NCBI GenBank assembly: GCA_017686895.1
Contig: GCA_017686895.1_4521.1
Length of the DNA stretch: 64,000 bases
Direction: 5' to 3' (one strand)
Source of the DNA: a phage
Position numbers and translations under genes: made by a program. The notes below the pieces were generated by a model. It was given only the letters and a program-made list of their open reading frames with translations. It was not told the DNA's origin and made no database searches. Of the stretch, positions 18,542 through 27,248 are shown piece by piece; the stretch's first letter is position 1, and each line of letters begins with the position of its first letter.

Positions 18542-18735
18542 ACAAGCCCTATAATAGCAAAGGCCAAATCAACTACAGTATCCAATGGAACAGAAGGAAC
18601 TATAATACCATGGGCAACTAACAATGGTGCAATCCCGAAGTTCCATGAAATAATGCCACCTACAACTATTGCAGCGATGGCAGTTTTCTTTTTATTGCCT
18701 TTAATAGCGTTGATTAACGACGGAAGTTTAAACAT
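18538..18735 (-). CDS. Small hydrophobic protein on the minus strand
   Basis: 65-aa ORF with strong SD (AAGGAG 7 nt upstream), two predicted membrane segments; convergent with gene 61. Confidence 0.4.
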   Translation of the reverse strand: MFKLPSLINAIKGNKKKTAIAAIVVGGIISWNFGIAPLLVAHGIIVPSVPLDTVVDLAFAIIGLV

Positions 18736-18823
18736 AATATCTCCTTAGTTACCTATTATTTATTACGCTTTATAAAATTAATGTTAGAATTAACTCTCTT
18801 ATACTGAATTGAAAGGAAAAATA

Positions 18824-19345
18824 ATGGCGCACTTTAATGAATGTTCACAACTTATTTCTGGTGTTGATAAAGCAGAAGAAGTTTATTTTAATGCTCTGAT
18901 TCACGAAGATAAAGACCCACTTCAGGTAATGCTTGATATGCAGAAATCTTTACAGGTTCGTCTGGCAAATGACAAGCCTGAACATAACAAACATCCTGAT
19001 GAATTGGCTACTGCTGGTGATGTTGTTGATTGGCTGCGTAATCAGAAAGATTATATTGATGATGAATTCCGTGAACTGTTGACTTCACTTGGTGGTATGA
19101 GCAATGGTGAAAAAGCCGCCAGCAGTGTATGGAAGCCTTGGAAAGCACAACATGCTGAATATCGAAATCGTCGTATCGATGAACTGTCTCCTGAAGACCA
19201 GCTTGAAATTAAATTTGAGATGATTGATATTCTTCATTTCGTTCTGAATATGTTCCAAGGTCTGGGTCTTTCTGCTGAAGAAATCTTTAAACTTTACTAC
19301 TTGAAAAACCAACACAACTTTGAACGTCAGGATAATGGTTACTAA
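18824..19345 (+). CDS. 56: dCTPase/dUTPase gp56 (MazG-like)
   Basis: Starts MAHFNEC like T4 gp56; DKDPLQVMLDMQ, FRELLTSLG, EEIFKLYYLKN conserved. Confidence 0.85.
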   Translation: MAHFNECSQLISGVDKAEEVYFNALIHEDKDPLQVMLDMQKSLQVRLANDKPEHNKHPDELATAGDVVDWLRNQKDYIDDEFRELLTSLGGMSNGEKAASSVWKPWKAQHAEYRNRRIDELSPEDQLEIKFEMIDILHFVLNMFQGLGLSAEEIFKLYYLKNQHNFERQDNGY

Positions 19346-19351
19346 TTAAGT

Positions 19352-19359
19352 TATAAATA
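19352..19359 (+). promoter_or_regulatory. Late promoter TATAAATA upstream of soc
   Basis: Exact T4 late consensus about 30 nt before soc ATG. Confidence 0.55.
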
Positions 19360-19390
19360 CACCTGTAATTAAACAACAAAGGAGTTAATT

Positions 19391-19627
19391 ATGGGTGGTT
19401 ATGTAAACATCAAAACCTTTACGCATCCTGCTGGTGAAGGCAAAGAAGTTAAAGGTATGGAAGTTTCTGTTCCGTTTGAGATTTATTCAAACGAACATCG
19501 GATTGCAGATTCTCATTACCAAATCTTTCCATCAGAAAAGGCAGCTTATTCTACTGTAGTTTCTAATGCAGCTGACTGGAAAACTAAGAACGCTGAAATG
19601 TTTACCCCTACACCAGTAAGTGGTTAA
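19391..19627 (+). CDS. soc: Small outer capsid protein Soc
   Basis: 78 aa; GYVNIKTF, HYQ.FPSEKAAYSTV match recalled T4 Soc. Confidence 0.8.
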   Translation: MGGYVNIKTFTHPAGEGKEVKGMEVSVPFEIYSNEHRIADSHYQIFPSEKAAYSTVVSNAADWKTKNAEMFTPTPVSG

Positions 19628-19635
19628 ATAATTTA

Positions 19636-19660
19636 AGGAATCCTTCGGGATTCCTTTTTT
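19636..19660 (+). terminator. Rho-independent terminator (AGGAATCC-TTCG-GGATTCCT plus T-run) after soc
   Basis: 8-bp stem, UUCG loop, TTTTT tail. Confidence 0.7.
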
Positions 19661-19728
19661 CGTTTCTAGAGTTTACATCCACTAAAAACTATGTTAAGAT
19701 ATTCTTACTTACTCAAGAGGAGAACATT

Positions 19729-19956
19729 ATGTTAAATCGTTGGATTAAACCTAATAACACATTAGGTGCTTTGATTGCTCAAGAAGTTTCGTTGAAATAC
19801 GGCCTTGGATATTATGATGACGTAGTCGTACACTCATTCATGATGGATGGTGAAGACGTCAAATTTAATGCCGAAATCCGTTGGGATGATGGTGGTGTTC
19901 GTTTTGTTCGAGGAACAATTAATGCTTACGATGCTGAAGAAGTTATTTGTTGTTAA
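19729..19956 (+). CDS. Hypothetical protein
   Basis: 75-aa ORF with SD GAGGAGAA. Confidence 0.45.
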   Translation: MLNRWIKPNNTLGALIAQEVSLKYGLGYYDDVVVHSFMMDGEDVKFNAEIRWDDGGVRFVRGTINAYDAEEVICC

Positions 19957-19969
19957 ACCAGGCGAAGGT

Positions 19970-20158
19970 ATGATGCCTATTCCTGATACACATGAAAAAA
20001 GTTGGGAATATATTGGTGACGGCATGATGGAAGAAGTTATTCGTCCTAAGTCTGCTTCAAGCTCTTCAAGTTATAATCATTCTTACGTATCATCCTGGTC
20101 TGGAGATTCTGGTTCAAGTTATTCTGATTGTAGTTCGGACTCAGGGAGCTGCGAATGA
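19970..20158 (+). CDS. Hypothetical protein with Ser-rich C-terminal tail
   Basis: 62 aa from ATG 19970 (SD GAAGG). Confidence 0.35.
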   Translation: MMPIPDTHEKSWEYIGDGMMEEVIRPKSASSSSSYNHSYVSSWSGDSGSSYSDCSSDSGSCE

Positions 20159-20333
20159 ACAGAATAGTAAAATGGTTTAAAAGCTGGAATGATGGAGTCG
20201 GACCAGAAGATTGGTTAGATGCTCTTGAAGAGAATATGGCTAAAGAATTCCAGAAACATGAAGAAAAACTCGTCGAAGATGAAGGCGAACGTATTGTAAA
20301 ACTTTATATGGGTGAACCATCGAGGAAATTATA

Positions 20334-20798
20334 ATGGATGCTATGTTATTTAAAATGTATTTGCTTGAAGCCAAGTCATTTAAACATATACCAGTAGAAG
20401 ATAAGACTCCACTAGAAATAGCTATTCTCATTAACAAAAGTCTAAATAATCCGCAATATATCGTAGAAGAATTCTGCAAATTGCAGATTCCTAAAGGTTA
20501 CAAAATTCGTGTAGAGCGAGTTGGAGCTATTACTCATTCTAAAAATTCTCCGTTTAGTCTTGAAGAAGGCATAAAGGACTTAGGGTATGAATCTACAGAA
20601 AATGCTGTTTATGTGAATCCTGAAAAGCGTTTAGACCTGTTTGAAAAGCGAGACCATACGTATTTTGCCAAAAAATACTTTATTACATCATTAGCAGATT
20701 TAATCCATTTGCAACGAGCTATTTGGAAATTTTTTAAGACAAAAGGTGTAGCACTAGAAACATTCTCTGAACCTGCTAGTTTTTATTTAGGTGAATAA
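20334..20798 (+). CDS. Hypothetical protein
   Basis: 154-aa ORF. Confidence 0.5.
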   Translation: MDAMLFKMYLLEAKSFKHIPVEDKTPLEIAILINKSLNNPQYIVEEFCKLQIPKGYKIRVERVGAITHSKNSPFSLEEGIKDLGYESTENAVYVNPEKRLDLFEKRDHTYFAKKYFITSLADLIHLQRAIWKFFKTKGVALETFSEPASFYLGE

Positions 20799-20979
20799 TA
20801 TGGACCTTATGAGTATGTTTGACGAGCCTGAAGTTGAGGCTCCTAAAGTGCATCGTAGTGAACTTGTTGATGAACTAGATAGTATTATACAACGACACGG
20901 CTTTAGTTTACCATTAGATGTCCTGAAAGACCTCGCCTCTTATTATGATGACCCTCCACCATGGAGTCCTTGGAAATGA
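20791..20979 (+). CDS. Hypothetical protein
   Basis: 62-aa ORF, acidic. Confidence 0.4.
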   Translation: MNNMDLMSMFDEPEVEAPKVHRSELVDELDSIIQRHGFSLPLDVLKDLASYYDDPPPWSPWK

Positions 20980-21139
20980 AAGAGAAATTGAAAGAGAAAT
21001 TCTTACTAGAAATCAAGGAAAAAGACTTTGAGACATGGTATCGAATGGTGAAAGGGTTGACATTGCTTTTTAAAGCATCGTTATTCGTGTTAGAACAACC
21101 TGGCCCTGATGGACCTTTAGTAGGAAAGCTTAAAAAGTA

Positions 21140-21168
21140 GTTTACATTCCCTCCTCTCGTGTTATGAT
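21140..21168 (+). promoter_or_regulatory. Early-type promoter GTTTAC-N17-TATGAT
   Basis: The G of GTTTAC is the last base of the upstream TAG stop; spacer CCTCC is complementary to downstream SD GGAGG. Confidence 0.5.
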
Positions 21169-21195
21169 AGGCTTATCTTTAAATGGAGGTCTATC

Positions 21196-21777
21196 ATGAC
21201 ATGTCAATCTGAACTTCAAGAACGCGAATATCTCGCAGCACTAATTGATGATAAATTCACTAAACAAGAACAAAACATTCTCTGGGCTTGCACTGATTAT
21301 AAGGAAGACCCGGATTTCCACTATGAATTAGACCATCTTGTTCGTAAGCATATGACTTCTACAGTACCAGTAGAACTCTACCGTGGTGTAACTCCAGAAG
21401 AAGTAGAACGTCTTTCCCTTCTTTCTGTTGGATGTCATTGGTCTCCCGGACGAGTAACATCGTTTACAACAGACTTTGGTACGGCCAGACAGTTCTCTGG
21501 GAGTTGGGAATATCAAACGTACACTATTCTTAGTCTCAGGAATGCTCCGTTCATTTTCGATTACTACCAAAACATGGTTAACATTGTACTCGCCGGAAAG
21601 AACCCTAAGCATGTTATGGAAGAAAAACGTGTTGACGTCCTAGATATGATTGAATCTGAACAAGAATACATGGTCTCAGGTATCTCTAGATTTGAGATTG
21701 TAGAAATTGAAGACTTAGAATATGACCCTTTATCTCGGTTATACAAAATCATTCATTTGAAAATGTTGAATTTTTAG
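21196..21777 (+). CDS. modB: ADP-ribosyltransferase, ModB-like
   Basis: R-S-E ART motifs: LYRG, SFTTDF, ESEQEYMV; T4 order modB-modA in this direction. Confidence 0.6.
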   Translation: MTCQSELQEREYLAALIDDKFTKQEQNILWACTDYKEDPDFHYELDHLVRKHMTSTVPVELYRGVTPEEVERLSLLSVGCHWSPGRVTSFTTDFGTARQFSGSWEYQTYTILSLRNAPFIFDYYQNMVNIVLAGKNPKHVMEEKRVDVLDMIESEQEYMVSGISRFEIVEIEDLEYDPLSRLYKIIHLKMLNF

Positions 21778-21834
21778 TGTACAAACTCTTCCGATGATGA
21801 TACTATACCTTTATCAACCACAGGAGAAACCTAA

Positions 21835-22443
21835 ATGTTTATGCCGTATAACGAGTGTGAAATTGAAGAAATGGTTCGTCGTGCTCAAAACCCCGAATAT
21901 CAAGATGTATTGCAGTACGAAATTGATAGTCAATTCAGCGACATTGAACAAAGTGTACTGTGGCAGTGTATGGAAAACAAGCCAGTCTGTATTCAACAGG
22001 AGTTAAGTTCAATCGTTCGTAGAAATTGGACGTCTTCTGTTCCTGAGACAATGTATCGTGGAATCTCTAAGAAAACTATGGCCGCACTCGATGATAAAGG
22101 CATTGGTAGTATTATTAAATTTGACAGAGTAATGAGCTTCAGCCCAGTGTTCGGTGTAGCACGTAACTTTGCTTCGTATAATTTTTACGGAACATTTAAT
22201 ATGTTCTGCATCAAAGATGCACCGTTTGCTTTCAACTTCCGTGAACATATGCTTAACATGATTCTGGCTGCGCCATCTTGTGAGTTCAATGGAGCTTTCC
22301 CTGAAGCGACAAGACGGTCTAATGCTAGACTTATATCTGACGAATGTGAATTTATGCTCCCTATAGGGACTACACTGCGTGTAGATTCTATTATTCAAGA
22401 TGGACGTTATACAATCTGGAATCTGTCTATTGTCAGTTACTGA
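21835..22443 (+). CDS. modA: ADP-ribosyltransferase, ModA-like
   Basis: MYRG, MSFSPVFG, SDECEFML; paralog of the preceding gene. Confidence 0.6.
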   Translation: MFMPYNECEIEEMVRRAQNPEYQDVLQYEIDSQFSDIEQSVLWQCMENKPVCIQQELSSIVRRNWTSSVPETMYRGISKKTMAALDDKGIGSIIKFDRVMSFSPVFGVARNFASYNFYGTFNMFCIKDAPFAFNFREHMLNMILAAPSCEFNGAFPEATRRSNARLISDECEFMLPIGTTLRVDSIIQDGRYTIWNLSIVSY

Positions 22444-22595
22444 CTGAATTGGAATAACCGGATGGAACTCAGAACCATTATAACACATAAAAAATTAAAG
22501 CATTTTATGAAAAAAGAGTGTACACTACCTGAGGGCATGATATTATAAGCTTATCAGCTAAATGACCTAACGTCCGTAAGACAGAGGAAAATATT

Positions 22596-23342
22596 ATGTT
22601 ATCAAATAATAAAATTAACAAAATCAATCGTCGTCTTGACCACACCAGAGCTTCTGCGAAGAGACACTCTAAGGATTTTAACTTGGACTTTAATTACCTT
22701 AAAAACATTCTTGATCAAAAGGTCTGCGCTTACTCAGGTGAATCTTTTAATAACTCTGTTGAAGGTGAGAAATTATCCTTAGAACGTTTTAATAATGATA
22801 TAGGCTACATTAAAGGTAATGTTATCCCGGTTAAGAAAAAATATAACACGGCTCGTTCTGATTTAACATTAGAAGAACTTATTGAGAAACGTGATGCCAT
22901 TGCAAGACGTATCGCTAATCCTTCTGCCCGTAAAGTAGAGAAACTTAATCTCGACGAGAAGAAATGGGCCCAAATTAAAAAGGTTTATGGTGCTATTTTA
23001 AAAATCCGAGCAAAACGTGAAAATCGTGTTAAGCATATGGCGAACATGATGAAAAATCAACCTTTATCTAACGAATCTAAACTTAGAATTGTTGCTTTAA
23101 AAGCACGCATTAATGGCTCACATCAAGCAGAAGGCCATGAACTTACTAAACTCAACGTTCTTCTTAAAGGCTCTGACTGGAAAACTAAAACTAAATTAAC
23201 TGACGCTGAATCGCTTTTCGATACATATGATAAAGTTATCCAAGGTCTGCAACGTTTTGAAAAGATTGGTTTCATTGGTAAATTAAAATTGAAACGTGGC
23301 TTACCACTTAACGCATCATTATTCCAACTGATTAAAGGTTAA
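22596..23342 (+). CDS. Hypothetical basic protein (srd position)
   Basis: 248-aa ORF; N-terminal region resembles a degenerate HNH motif. Confidence 0.5.
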   Translation: MLSNNKINKINRRLDHTRASAKRHSKDFNLDFNYLKNILDQKVCAYSGESFNNSVEGEKLSLERFNNDIGYIKGNVIPVKKKYNTARSDLTLEELIEKRDAIARRIANPSARKVEKLNLDEKKWAQIKKVYGAILKIRAKRENRVKHMANMMKNQPLSNESKLRIVALKARINGSHQAEGHELTKLNVLLKGSDWKTKTKLTDAESLFDTYDKVIQGLQRFEKIGFIGKLKLKRGLPLNASLFQLIKG

Positions 23343-23344
23343 TT

Positions 23345-23656
23345 ATGGTTTATGTATATGCAATAGTTTATCGAGATATGGAAGGATTTACTGTCCCGGT
23401 CCCACTTGATGAGCATCGTCCTGCAGTATTTTTTAGAAAGGATATTGCAGATAAAGTTTTCGATACTTTGAAAACACAGTATAAAACAGATTTAAAAACG
23501 GGAGTTCTAAGAATGGTCGAAACTCCGCGTAAGTTCTGGTTTAATAAGCTTGAAATGAAACACGTTAAACTAGATGCGGAGACGCAAAGATTGTATCAAC
23601 GAATCCTGGACACAGGCCGTATTGTTAGTATTCCAATTGCAGGGACTTTACGATGA
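23345..23656 (+). CDS. Hypothetical protein (dda.1 position)
   Basis: 103-aa ORF, ATGA overlap with dda. Confidence 0.5.
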   Translation: MVYVYAIVYRDMEGFTVPVPLDEHRPAVFFRKDIADKVFDTLKTQYKTDLKTGVLRMVETPRKFWFNKLEMKHVKLDAETQRLYQRILDTGRIVSIPIAGTLR

Positions 23657-24966
23657 CATTTGATGATTTGACTGAAGGCCAGAAAAACGCCTTCAACGTT
23701 GTTATGAAAGCTATTAAAGAAAAGAAACATCACGTAACTATTAATGGGCCTGCCGGTACAGGTAAAACAACCCTTACTAGATTCATCGTTGAAGCCCTTA
23801 TTTCTTCTGGAGAATCAGGTATTATTTTAGCAGCCCCTACACACGCTGCTAAAAAGGTTCTAAGCAAACTTGCAGGTCAAGAAGCATCGACTATTCATAG
23901 CATTCTTAAAATCAACCCAACTACATACGAAGAAAACGTATTGTTTGAGCAGAAAAAGGTTCCCGACTTAGCCTTGTGTCGTGTACTGTTATTTGATGAA
24001 GCGTCAATGTGCGACCGTCCTCTGTTTAAAATAATGTTAGCTAGTATCCCTAAATGGTGTACAGTAATTGGAATTGGTGACAGATGCCAGATTCGACCGG
24101 TAGACCCAGGCGAATCCACTGCGTATCTAAGTCCTTTCTTCACTCACAAAGACTTCGTGCAATGCAACCTTACAGAAGTTAAACGTAGCAATGCGCCAAT
24201 TATTGATGTTGCGACTGATATTCGTAATGGCAAATGGATTTACGATAAAGTAGTTGATGGGCATGGTGTTCATGGATATACAGACCTTAAATCGTATATG
24301 ATGAACTATTTTAACGTCGTTAAAACTCCTGAAGACCTTTTCGAAAATCGAATGATGGCATTCACAAATAAGTCGGTGGACAAGTTAAATTCAATTATTC
24401 GCCGAAAACTTCTTGAAACAGAAAAACCATTTATTAAAGACGAAGTCATTGTTCTACAAGAGCCATTTACTAAGACATATAAGCTAGACGGTAAAAATAT
24501 GACCGAAATGCTTTTCAATAATGGGCAATTCGTTCGTATTCGAGATGCTGTAGAAACGTCTACATTCGTTAAAGCACGTGGTGTTTCAGGCGAATATATG
24601 ATACGATACTGGAATCTTACAGTAGAAACATATGGTGATGATGAAGAATACATCCGCGAAGATATAAAGGTTATTTCTTCTGAAGAAGAGCTTTATAAAT
24701 TCAATTTGTTTTTGGCTAAGACCGCAGAAACATACAAATTTTGGAATAAAGGTGGTAAAGCTCCATGGAGCGAATTCTGGGATGCTAAACGTATGTTCAC
24801 TAAGGTGAAGGCGCTACCAGTATCAACCTTCCATAAGGCCCAGGGTATGTCTGTTGACACAGCCTTTGTTTATACACCGTGTATCCATTATGCTGATTCA
24901 GAATTAGCTAAACAGTTGTTGTATGTCGGCACAACTCGTGGTCGTTTTGACGTCCATTTTATTTGA
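23653..24966 (+). CDS. dda: DNA helicase Dda (SF1B)
   Basis: 437 aa; Walker A GPAGTGKTT, DEASM; syntenic. Confidence 0.9.
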   Translation: MTFDDLTEGQKNAFNVVMKAIKEKKHHVTINGPAGTGKTTLTRFIVEALISSGESGIILAAPTHAAKKVLSKLAGQEASTIHSILKINPTTYEENVLFEQKKVPDLALCRVLLFDEASMCDRPLFKIMLASIPKWCTVIGIGDRCQIRPVDPGESTAYLSPFFTHKDFVQCNLTEVKRSNAPIIDVATDIRNGKWIYDKVVDGHGVHGYTDLKSYMMNYFNVVKTPEDLFENRMMAFTNKSVDKLNSIIRRKLLETEKPFIKDEVIVLQEPFTKTYKLDGKNMTEMLFNNGQFVRIRDAVETSTFVKARGVSGEYMIRYWNLTVETYGDDEEYIREDIKVISSEEELYKFNLFLAKTAETYKFWNKGGKAPWSEFWDAKRMFTKVKALPVSTFHKAQGMSVDTAFVYTPCIHYADSELAKQLLYVGTTRGRFDVHFI

Positions 24967-24975
24967 GAGAAAATT

Positions 24976-25653
24976 ATGAGCACTGATGTTATTATAGATT
25001 TTGAAACATTCGGCAATACATCAAAAGCGGCTGTTATTGACCTTGCGGTTATTGCATATAATTCAGACCCTGAAGTTGTTGAATCATTTGAAGAACTTGT
25101 TCAACGAGGTAAGCGAATTAAATTTAATTTAGCTTCTCAAAAAGGGAAGCGAGTTTTCGCTAAATCCACTATGAAATGGTGGAAAGAACAATCAGCAGAA
25201 GCACGTAAAAACCTGGCCCCATCTGAAGACGATGTCACTACGCTTGAAGGCATTAAAATCTTTTTAGATTATTGTCGAGCTAATAAAGTTGACCAATGGA
25301 AATCACAGATGTGGTGCCGTGGTATGAGCTTTGACTTCCCGATATTGGTCGATTTGATTCGTGACCTCTATCGTGATGAAGGTGTTCTTGAACCAGATAT
25401 TGATACCGATAAATTAGAACCTGTTAAATTCTGGGCTCAACGCGATATTCGTACGGCAATCGAAGCTTACTCGTTGACACGAGGATTAAGTATGTGTCCA
25501 TTACCGATGGGTACTCTAAAAGGATTCGTTGCCCATGATAGTATTCATGATTGTGCTAAAGATATTTTGATGTTAAAATATGCTCAGCGTTATGCGCTTG
25601 GTCTTGAAGATGTACCTGAGAATCCTGACCCGTTAAGTGTAAAACAGCGATAA
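24976..25653 (+). CDS. dexA: Exonuclease A DexA
   Basis: 225 aa; IIDFE, RGMSFDFPILVDLIRD, AHDSIHDCAKDI match recalled T4 DexA. Confidence 0.9.
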   Translation: MSTDVIIDFETFGNTSKAAVIDLAVIAYNSDPEVVESFEELVQRGKRIKFNLASQKGKRVFAKSTMKWWKEQSAEARKNLAPSEDDVTTLEGIKIFLDYCRANKVDQWKSQMWCRGMSFDFPILVDLIRDLYRDEGVLEPDIDTDKLEPVKFWAQRDIRTAIEAYSLTRGLSMCPLPMGTLKGFVAHDSIHDCAKDILMLKYAQRYALGLEDVPENPDPLSVKQR

Positions 25654-25658
25654 AACCA

Positions 25659-25688
25659 GTTTACAACCAAGGATGGTTGGAGTATAAT
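25659..25688 (+). promoter_or_regulatory. Early-type promoter GTTTAC-N18-TATAAT
   Basis: Spacer ...CAAGGATGGTTGGAGTATAAT is near-duplicated at 26215-26245. Confidence 0.5.
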
Positions 25689-25718
25689 CTTTCTATCTTA
25701 ACCAAACAGGAAAACATT

Positions 25719-26213
25719 ATGAATATCAATACTACGGCTACTTACATCCTGAAAGATGAAAAACAAATCAACTGGTACGGTGCTTCAGTGCGAGCTTATG
25801 AAAAGTTTTGTGAAATTTTAGGTGCCACTCAAGGTAATAGTTTCACTATTGTTAACTTCATCAAACAAGTTGAAGGCCCTTGGTTATTCTTAGAAATTAA
25901 AAATTCATATGGTACAATTTCTACCACCGCCCTTCCAAGCACCGACTTTGAACTGTTGATTGAAGAAGTAGAACCCGTTAAAGATATCTGTATTGATATG
26001 GATATCGCTTGTATGTACGGTACTCTGATTAAGCCTATTGAGCCTACTGATTTGTTGTGTAAATATGTTTCAATTCGACGCCCATTCGCTGGTCCAGTAA
26101 ATGGATGGGTGACTGATCAGTGGATTGAAGACGGTGTTGAACTTCTGAACGTTGTTCATGCAGGTGATTTTAGTGTAGTTCCACGTAGTGCTGTGGTTAA
26201 TATCCTTAATTAA
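25719..26213 (+). CDS. Hypothetical protein, paralog family member 1
   Basis: Shares C-terminal motif W(I/V)EDG..L.N(I/V)V..GDF.VV with the next two genes. Confidence 0.5.
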   Translation: MNINTTATYILKDEKQINWYGASVRAYEKFCEILGATQGNSFTIVNFIKQVEGPWLFLEIKNSYGTISTTALPSTDFELLIEEVEPVKDICIDMDIACMYGTLIKPIEPTDLLCKYVSIRRPFAGPVNGWVTDQWIEDGVELLNVVHAGDFSVVPRSAVVNILN

Positions 26214-26214
26214 T

Positions 26215-26245
26215 GTTGTACATCCAAGGACGGGTGGAGTATAAT
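26215..26245 (+). promoter_or_regulatory. Promoter-like element GTTGTA...TATAAT (duplicate of the 25659 element)
   Basis: CAAGGACGGGTGGAGTATAAT nearly identical to the upstream copy. Confidence 0.4.
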
Positions 26246-26274
26246 GAATTCAACTTAAACAAAGAGAGAAAATT

Positions 26275-26760
26275 ATGAATCTTGGTATTATTGGTGAAAT
26301 CGTTCGCGTATCTAACAAATCTCGTTCTAAAGCAGCAGGAAAATTGGTCGAAGTTGTAAGTATTCAACTTAAAGAAGGCGTTAAAGATGAAGATTCTGAG
26401 GTAAAAGTTCGTATTATTCCTAGTCTTGGGTCGAGGGAAACTCAGTTCGCTTATGTTCGTGCAAAGTTCTTGGAAACTCCTGCGAGTAGTGCTTTTGCTT
26501 CAAGAGAAAAAGTTGAATCCACAGAGCCTAATGTACAGTTCAAATGGGCCTTGTGTAAAGGTGTTGAATTCCAGACTGATAAAGAATTTGACTTCATCGA
26601 TGAATATGGTTATCCAAGCACAACTGATACCATGTGTGGCTTCATTAGTGACCAATGGGTAGAAGATGGTGAAAAGTTATACAATATCGTATTCTTAGGT
26701 GACTTCCGAGTTGTTAAAGAATCCGAAATCACTCGCTATGTGTCTCCTCGTAAAGCTTAA
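26275..26760 (+). CDS. Hypothetical protein, paralog family member 2
   Basis: N-terminal SRSKAAGKLVEV and C-terminal ISDQWVEDGEKLYNIVFLGDFRVV shared with 26770-27189. Confidence 0.55.
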   Translation: MNLGIIGEIVRVSNKSRSKAAGKLVEVVSIQLKEGVKDEDSEVKVRIIPSLGSRETQFAYVRAKFLETPASSAFASREKVESTEPNVQFKWALCKGVEFQTDKEFDFIDEYGYPSTTDTMCGFISDQWVEDGEKLYNIVFLGDFRVVKESEITRYVSPRKA

Positions 26761-26769
26761 GGAATTATT

Positions 26770-27189
26770 ATGAATATTGTAAATCTCTCTACAGGTGATT
26801 ACGTATATGTATCTGTTGCTTCTCGCTCTAAAGTTGCCGGGAAGTTGGTTGAAGTTCTTTCTGTGAGTGATCCGGTTTTTGGTCGTAACCAAGTTAAAGT
26901 TCGTGATGCTAATGGTAATATTGGCTACGTCTCAAGCCAGTTCATTGAGCCAGAAGAAAAAGCGTTCAAATGGGGACTATGCAGATCAGTTTCTGTTGAA
27001 AAAGACCATGAATTCACTATTGCTGCGGCAACTGATGGAACGCCATGGAAAACTAAGCAAATCGCCGGATTTATTAGCGACCGTTGGGTAGAAGATGGTG
27101 TTAAGCTTTATAACATCGTTTTCGCTGGTCAGTTCATGGTAGTTCCTGAATTCCAAATTAAAAAATATAGCCCAGCTGCTTTCGCATAA
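26770..27189 (+). CDS. Hypothetical protein, paralog family member 3
   Basis: SRSKVAGKLVEV...ISDRWVEDGVKLYNIVFAGQFMVV. Confidence 0.55.
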   Translation: MNIVNLSTGDYVYVSVASRSKVAGKLVEVLSVSDPVFGRNQVKVRDANGNIGYVSSQFIEPEEKAFKWGLCRSVSVEKDHEFTIAAATDGTPWKTKQIAGFISDRWVEDGVKLYNIVFAGQFMVVPEFQIKKYSPAAFA

Positions 27190-27193
27190 AGTT

Positions 27194-27222
27194 GTTTACT
27201 TCTCCTCTGGTTTTGATATTAT
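27194..27222 (+). promoter_or_regulatory. Early-type promoter GTTTAC-N17-TATTAT embedded in an 11-bp inverted repeat
   Basis: Arms CTCCTCTGGTT (27202-27212) and AACCAGAGGAG (27232-27242); downstream arm is the SD of the 27249 gene. Confidence 0.55.
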
Positions 27223-27248
27223 AACCATATCAACCAGAGGAGAATAAT

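Noticed and set aside
25677-26213. Track start at 25677 for the first paralog
   Set aside because: 25677 is a TTG inside the promoter; ATG 25719 downstream of the -10 is the plausible start
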